Assembly (NCBI RefSeq): GCF_001194135.2
Contig: NC_068999.1
Span: 19,470,340-19,509,520, forward strand
DNA from: Octopus bimaculoides
Lineage: Eukaryota
DNA length: 39,181 nucleotides
Direction: 5' to 3'
Translations under genes and position numbers: made by a program
The notes under the pieces: model-generated
What the model saw: the letters and a program-made list of their open reading frames with translations, nothing else
Database searches by the model: none
What the model was told of the DNA's origin: nothing
Shown here: in pieces, positions 31,749 through 39,181 of the stretch
Position numbering within the stretch: the first letter of the stretch is position 1
How the letters are laid out: the number at the start of each line of letters is the position of its first letter

Positions 31749-33077
31749 TATNNNNNNNNNNNNNNNNNNNNNNNNNNNNNNNNNNNNNNNNNNNNNNNNN
31801 NNNNNNNNNNNNNNNNNNNNNNNNNNNNNNNNNNNNNNNNNNNNNNNNNNNNNNNNNNNNNNNNNNNNNNNNNNNNNNNNNNNNNNNNNNNNNNNNNNNN
31901 NNNNNNNNNNNNNNNNNNNNNNNNNNNNNNNNNNNNNNNNNNNNNNNNNNNNNNNNNNNNNNNNNNNNNNNNNNNNNNNNNNNNNNNNNNNNNNNNNNNN
32001 NNNNNNNNNNNNNNNNNNNNNNNNNNNNNNNNNNNNNNNNNNNNNNNNNNNNNNNNNNNNNNNNNNNNNNNNNNNNNNNNNNNNNNNNNNNNNNNNNNNN
32101 NNNNNNNNNNNNNNNNNNNNNNNNNNNNNNNNNNNNNNNNNNNNNNNNNNNNNNNNNNNNNNNNNNNNNNNNNNNNNNNNNNNNNNNNNNNNNNNNNNNN
32201 NNNNNNNNNNNNNNNNNNNNNNNNNNNNNNNNNNNNNNNNNNNNNATATATATATATATATACCCAAATACGCAATCACACACACACACAACACACACAC
32301 ACACACACACACACACAAAACACACACACACCCACACATATATATATCATATGAACTATGATGTAGAACAGCTTAAGATCTGTGGAACTGCATTGCGTTT
32401 CATGCACATATGTTTGTGAGCGTTTTTTAAGTTTATTGTTTGTCAGTACTTTCCTCCGTCTGTATACTTGAATACATATAAACGTATATAGACGCATTTA
32501 ATAAGATTGTTATACGCATACATACAATGGATCTATCTATCTGTATATGTGTGTGTGTGTGTATGTGTTTATGCGTATGTATGCATGTGTATGTGTGTGT
32601 ATTTGTGTGCGTGCATTATTTTTGGGATGTGTGAGAAAGTGCGTGTGTATTTCTGTGGGTTTTTACGTGTGTCTATATACAAACATATATGAGGAAATAG
32701 ATATATATATATAAGGCTTATATATATATATATATATATGCATATATATATATATATGCATATATATATNNNNNNNNNNNNNNNNNNNNNNNNNNNNNNN
32801 NNNNNNNNNNNNNNNNNNNNNNNNNNNNNNNNNNNNNNNNNNNNNNNNNNNNNNNNNNNNNNNNNNNNNNNNNNNNNNNNNNNNNNNNNNNNNNNNNNNN
32901 NNNNNNNNNNNNNNNNNNNNNNNNNNNNNNNNNNNNNNNNNNNNNNNNNNNNNNNNNNNNNNNNNNNNNNNNNNNNNNNNNNNNNNNNNNNNNNNNNNNN
33001 NNNNNNNNNNNNNNNNNNNNNNNNNNNNNNNNNNNNNNNNNNNNNNNNNNNNNNNNNNNNNNNNNNNNNNNNNNNNN

Positions 33078-33136
<59 letters not shown>

Positions 33137-34281
33137 CATACATACATATATACATACATAAATACATACATACATACATTCATACTTATTCATATACGCA
33201 TATATGTGTGTATATGTGGGTGGATCTTGGGAAGTTAGATGCAAAGATATACATAAGTCATTTTACTACCGCTTACAAGAGCATCGCATATACGTACGCA
33301 TCCATTCTCACGCATGCACAGGATTGTATACATACATAAATACTTACATATATACATACATACCTATGTACTCAGGTAAATGCTCTTACACACGGACACA
33401 CACACATGCACACACACATGCACACACATACATATACACACCAGCATACATATACACAAGCGCGCGCTAATACAGGATGACATACACACTTATATTTGGC
33501 ACTTCAGAACATCTTAAATATTTCTAATGTGACAACCTCTCCATTATTGTAAGAGATAGTTAGATTTTCCTTTTGTAATATTTATCATTACTCTTTGTTA
33601 GAAATCTTATGCTTTGTACAAGAAAAGTAGAAACTAAGAAAAAAAGTTAAACATAACTTTAAAATTTTCCTCCTATCGTCCAAGTTTATAAAGTAATGTA
33701 AGCTCCATTGTAAATATGAATAACTTTGCTTCAGAAATCAGAATATGTTGATGGATTATTTTCTCTATCATGAGAATCTAAACGTTCTGACTATGAAACC
33801 GTAATGGGGGTCATTATAAGGAAAGGAAGAAGCCGACAACGAGAAAAACTCAAATGAGTTGCTTTGTGTTAGAAGGCGTTAGCTTTTCATCGATGTCCGT
33901 ATTGTTAGTTCAAATGTATTTAGATATGTGCGTGTGTGACTGTGTGCGTATGCGCACGTGTTACTTTAGTTTTTTTTTTTTTTTTTTTTTTTTTTGCTTT
34001 TTACAGAATTATATTTGTGTCTTCTTTTACATTGTATTTCTTTCCAAATGACATACGATTCCTTCAAATGTTTCTAATCATAGGCATTCAACTGAAAAAA
34101 AAGGTGACATCTATCACACTGTTACCACCAGTGAATGTAATATTGTTTTCTATTGTGATGAATCATTCAGAACATTTGTAAATTTGAAGTGATATCCACA
34201 AATGGGTCAAAAGATATCTTAGACATTTTTGTGTGTATGTGTATTCATACATATATATGCCTAATATTGTTTTCGTTTCAG

Positions 34282-34324
34282 ATGACGAGATGGCTATATT
34301 AAAATGCGCTACAAAGAATCGAAG
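34282..34324 (+). CDS. Candidate 43-nt internal exon: (D)DEMAILKCATKNR(R)
   Basis: ttgttttcgtttcag acceptor and GAAG|gtacgc donor; only one frame is open. Confidence 0.35.
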
Positions 34325-35593
34325 GTACGCTGAAAAGATCAGCTTAAAGTAGAGATTTTCTGTTTACCTATGGGTTAGGGATCATGGGCTGTGCAAACCT
34401 TCATGAACCGCTTCGAAATGAGTCCATTTCGAAGGGACCACGTTTTGAATAGTACACACCAGCTGCAGTTTGGGATAGAGTATTAGAAGGTCAAAACATC
34501 AGGGGTGAGAGAGGAAGTGATGAGTAGTTTCGAAGTCACTGAAGGACGATGGTATAAACCTAGATGGATCGAAGGATTAGTGGTCTGTTTGCAAGATTCA
34601 ATTAACAGTAGAAGCAGCTGTACGAGATGGAGACGTGCCTTTCACTGATTCTACTCTAATCAGTCTAAGAGATCTAATGTGAATACGCTGTGTGTGCAGT
34701 AGCTCACACATATATGCAGTTACTTGATTATCACCATCAATCTTGTGACTCAGAAGAGAGGCCCGGTTTTGTAGAAATGATGCTAGCTATATGTTTATTC
34801 CGCAATGATGCTAGTAATGAGTGAGGCCCAACACGTGATGATATTTGAAAGATCTTATCAAAATTCAGTTCCTGAGGTGGGATGGGACGGAACATTGTGA
34901 AATGATGTTTTCTTGATGTGAGAAATGTGTTTCCTTTCCATAGGAAAGATAGATACATTTCAACTGAGGGATACTTTCGAGAACGCAATCAAAGTTGGCG
35001 TAGTAAAGTACAGATGTTACAAATATACTAGCGTATTGACGTACCAGATTTAGGGAAAGTGGAATTTTTTTGGGATGAAAAACTAAGGTTTACAGCGGCT
35101 CTTACAGACTTTTGTTGCTATGATGAATCAGTAATTTGAGCATCGAAAGGTAATAATGTACTATAATCTGTTTCTCCGCAATCGTATTGCCATCCTTATT
35201 TATCCATTAATAATCCTAACGTATACAGAGACTCGCGTCCACTGGCACACATACAATCCAAAATATATATTCATCCCTCATGCAAACATAAACGTATGTA
35301 TTTAGAAGGAAAACAATAATTATAGAAGGCAAAATATACAAGTACGAAAGAGAAATGCAGAAGAGAGATGACTAAGTTTTATCGCTCAAAAACTCTTTCT
35401 TTTGATAATTAGTGCATAGGAATGCACACATGCAGTGACCCATAAATATAGACATTTATTTGCAAGCACACGCACACATATACAAATGTATAACAATACT
35501 CAAGGCTGAAACACATGCGCAAAGCATACATACAAATGTGTGTGTATTCGTACATAGCTATCTACCTGTGTCTATGTATATATTTGTCTACCT

Positions 35594-35862
35594 GTGTTCA
35601 GTCCTACTGCGTGGCATCATGTGCAGGTGTCTACTGCTACAGCCTTTGGCCGGCCAAAGTCTTGTAAGTGGATTTGGTAAACGGAAACTGAAAGAAGCCC
35701 GTCATATATATATATTTATGTGTCTTTGTATTTGTTCCTCCACCATCGCGTGTATAATGTCTACGTAATTTGTTCCTCCACCATTGGTGTATAATGTCTC
35801 CGTAATCTAACGGTTCGACAAAAGAACCGATAAAGAAAGCACCGGGTGTACACCAGCGATCT
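35594..35862 (+). mobile_element. SINE family A, 5'-truncated and diverged
   Basis: gttcagtcctactgcgtggc...gtggatttggtaaacggaaactgaaagaagcccgtc matches the reverse complement of about 1350-1445, with the downstream cggttcg.caaaaga.accgata segment. Confidence 0.8.
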
Positions 35863-35885
35863 ATCATGCTGAATATATATACATG

Positions 35886-35916
<31 letters not shown>

Positions 35917-36430
35917 CTATATCTATATTAATATATATACCGCCATGTATATCTAGCTTTTAAGTGTTGTTCTGTCTCCTTGGGCAATGATCATGATATG
36001 CAACATAAATCAGCATATACGTATCGTTGACATGCAAACAATGTTTAAAATTGATGAAAAAGAATTATTGTAACTTTAAGAACAATTTCCTAAATAAATA
36101 TATATAGTTTTATTTTGATATATGCATGAGAAAAGTTATTAAAACCTGAAAAATAACTGAAAAATATAATTGAAGAGGACTAGAAATAAAGGTTTACAAT
36201 TTTATGCTGAAATTTTATGTTGAAAAAATTGAAATATGTAAAATAAATTTATCGAACTATATAATTGCTAAAGGCACCATTATATTGTCGTGTTATGGAG
36301 GTAATAAAGCATATACGTGACACTACAAGCAATGTAAAACATACATGCATACATATATAAACACACTCATATATATATATATACATATATATACAGAAAA
36401 TTATATATACACACATATACATATGTATAC

Positions 36431-36630
36431 AGAGAGACTGAGAGAGAGAGTGAGAGACTGAGAGAGAGAGAGACTGAGAGAGAGAGAGACTGAGAGAGAG
36501 AGAGAGACTGAGAGAGAGAGACTAAGAGAGAGAGAGACTAAGAGAGAGAGAGACAGACAGACATACAGAGATAGAGACAGACGGACAGACAGACAGAGGT
36601 AGAGAGAGACAGACAGAGATAGACAGAGAC
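36431..36630. repeat. (GA)n array punctuated by CT, grading into (GACA)n
   Basis: Units of ACT(G/A)AGAGAGAG(AG)n. Confidence 0.9.
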
Positions 36631-37450
36631 AAAGAACACAGATAGATACAATCCTGAATGTAAGTGAAATACATCCAAAGCAACGAGAAGGAGAAAGTGA
36701 GACTCATCTGCTGAGCAAACGGAACAAAAATCAAAAGGTGGACCTGAAAAATATTACAGAGCAGCCGAAATTTATATGTATATGCAAAAAAATACAAATG
36801 CATGTATATATATTTGTGTGCGTGTGTGTGTGCGAGCGTGTACGTGTGTGCGTGTGTGTGTGTTTATCCTTATACATATACGTATATTTATATATATATA
36901 TGTATATATCACGCATGTTTATATACATATGCTTGTTTGTATATATATNNNNNNNNNNNNNNNNNNNNNNNNNNNNNNNNNNNNNNNNNNNNNNNNNNNN
37001 NNNNNNNNNNNNNNNNNNNNNNNNNNNNNNNNNNNNNNNNNNNNNNNNNNNNNNNNNNNNNNNNNNNNNNNNNNNNNNNNNNNNNNNNNNNNNNNNNNNN
37101 NNNNNNNNNNNNNNNNNNNNNNNNNNNNNNNNNNNNNNNNNNNNNNNNNNNNNNNNNNNNNNNNNNNNNNNNNNNNNNNNNNNNNNNNNNNNNNNNNNNN
37201 NNNNNNNNNNNNNNGTATACATGTGACTATATATATATATATATATGCGTATGTATTTGAAAATTTGTACGTGAGTGAGTGCACGTTTATGTGCTCGAAC
37301 ATAATATTAATCGGTCTTTATATGAGTGGGATTGTACTGTTTTATCCGGTAGATATGCACTGTATCCAGACTATGTGAAGGGAGAATGAGTTGTATCAAA
37401 TTGCTCTGAGCTATAACAGAATTTGTAATGAAGATATTTAAGACGATTGT

Positions 37451-37481
<31 letters not shown>

Positions 37482-37858
37482 GACACACACACACACACAG
37501 GTGCAACCACATTCACATATTTATATAGATGATTTATATGTATATTTATTTTTATTTTACATAAATATTTACTAGTAATTTTTTTCGAAAAATATTATAT
37601 GACATAGAAATGCTGAACATTAAATAGATTATATCCAAAGAATTTTTATGAATGCCACTAAACAGTGTTCTACCAAAATATATATTTTTGTGTTTTTCAG
37701 ATGGAGGAAAAAAATCAGATTTACAAAACTAAATACCCGAGACGAAACACATAAAACTGAAATTAAATTATTTAAACACATCAACTGTCAGATCAACACA
37801 TACATACATACATACATACATACACATATATACATACATACATATACATATACACACT

Positions 37859-37910
<52 letters not shown>

Positions 37911-38170
37911 NNNNNNNNNNTAATATATATATATATATATATATATATTTACGCAGATCTTGTTATCAATTGAATCCAGAAAAGGAATATATATATATAA
38001 AGGAAAATATCATTTTGCAATGTTCCATAAACTACTTATTCTCGTTAGGTTTGCCTCTTCTGTCTTGCTTTTCTCTTTTAAACTGACATAAATTAAAATC
38101 CGGTTTGTTTTAAATAATTTTTCTGTGTTAAAATTCATTGATTTGTTTATATTTTAAATTCGCCATTTTT

Positions 38171-38505
38171 GTGACGGTGTATGGCTCAATGGTAGGAACC
38201 TTGGAGTCGCCATTACGAGGTAGTGAGTTCGATTCCCAAATTGGCGTCTCCGCTTAGCTGTGTTGTTGAGCAATACATTGTTTTCACATTCTTCCAATTC
38301 ACTCAGATGAAGAAATTATTTACGACGCTGCTGGTGCCATGCTGTATCGACCTTGGACAACATCGTTGGCGTAGCGTGTAAAGGTGAGGCATGGGCGACT
38401 GCTGGTCTTCTACAAACAACTTTTCGCGTGATTAGCCCTGGAGGGTAGCATTCTATGTCCAATCCCATGGTAATTCATTACCAAAAGGATGTGGATCTTT
38501 ACCCT
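38171..38505 (+). mobile_element. tRNA-derived SINE family C1 (diverged)
   Basis: A-box-like tggctcaatggtagg and B-box-like gagttcgattccc, then gttgagcaatacatt...cactcag; the 3' end resembles 7941-8040. Confidence 0.75.
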
Positions 38506-39181
38506 TTCCTTTGTTTCGATGCTTCTATTAATGAAAAATGAATGTTACTCACAACTCAATAATGTCATATATTTTTTGCATTTTACGTTCACGTGTCCAT
38601 GCACATAATCCCACCACCCCACAAACATACATATTACGTATACAACTACATTTCAGACTGACATTCGTCCCCTATTCTTAAAATGTATTCATTCTTTACA
38701 TTTATACGGGGAAACTCAACCGTAGACTTAAATATATGTATAGGCGTATAAAAAGCTATATATTTATGTACATTATCTATATGCACACATTATATATACT
38801 TGAGTAGATTGTTATTATTATTATTATTGAGTGAGAGAGCAGTGCATGCCATCAAAGTGACACTGGGGCTAAAAGCAACAGTAACATCCACCCCTAGGGG
38901 TCAGCCACACTTATGTGGCAATATACTACACTTTATCGTGCAGTTACTGTTAATACTTCATTTAGAGAATTAACATTGCTTGTTTTCACCTTTTCGATAT
39001 CAGTGAAGAATTTCACTGGAAAAGTAGATATAAGATTGCCAGGTTTTTGTCTCTCTCACCAGGGTCAGTAGCTATCGAACGCCGACGAAGGGAAATAACC
39101 CTGAAATCCGGATCCGTTCGTGCTGCAGATCATGGTGAGAGGGATAACTTCCCTTGGGAAACAGGACACAGTCGTGTGTCG

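Noticed and set aside
33970-34020. Poly-T plus TGC plus tttttacag acceptor, resembling a microexon enhancer context
   Set aside because: No acceptable donor follows; the T-run may simply be a retroposed poly-A tail.
34057-34091. Minus-strand segment with a strong acceptor (tttttttttcag) and donor (gtatgt)
   Set aside because: All three frames contain stops. It shows that good-looking splice pairs arise by chance here, which is why all exon calls are low confidence.
34440-34620. RVLEGQNIRGERG, resembling the post-RT region of RTE LINEs
   Set aside because: A single short motif with stops around it; insufficient to call.
3503-37923. Long ORFs of 100-386 aa in the ORF track
   Set aside because: They are open only because they cross N-gaps (X runs) or translate TA/TG/CA microsatellites (YIYI, CVCV, HTHT).
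38171-38245. tRNA-like sequence with A and B boxes
   Set aside because: No coherent cloverleaf; it continues into a SINE body, so it is a SINE head, not a tRNA gene. The same applies to the other SINE heads.

Overview
Eukaryotic, AT-rich, gappy draft-assembly DNA with about 14 N-gaps, most flanked by (TA)n or (CA)n. The tRNA-derived SINE families match, from my recollection, those of coleoid cephalopods (octopus-like genome). That assignment is an inference, not a database result. The window is dominated by microsatellites and decayed mobile elements: several SINE families (including head-to-tail dimers and a trimer), an internally deleted mariner, two maT/DD37D-like Tc1/mariner relics, an RTE-type LINE 3' end, and probable LINE and Penelope-like relics. 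No intact protein-coding ORF is visible. Nearly all long ORFs in the track are N-gap or microsatellite artefacts. A few short exon candidates suggest the window may be intronic sequence of a large gene, but gene and strand cannot be determined. The most notable signals are a 330-bp, 98.5%-identical inverted duplication that includes non-SINE flank, a complete minimal hammerhead-ribozyme motif, a 40-bp-arm hairpin, and a 9-nt microexon candidate. I did not find convincing evidence of a novel multi-gene system.
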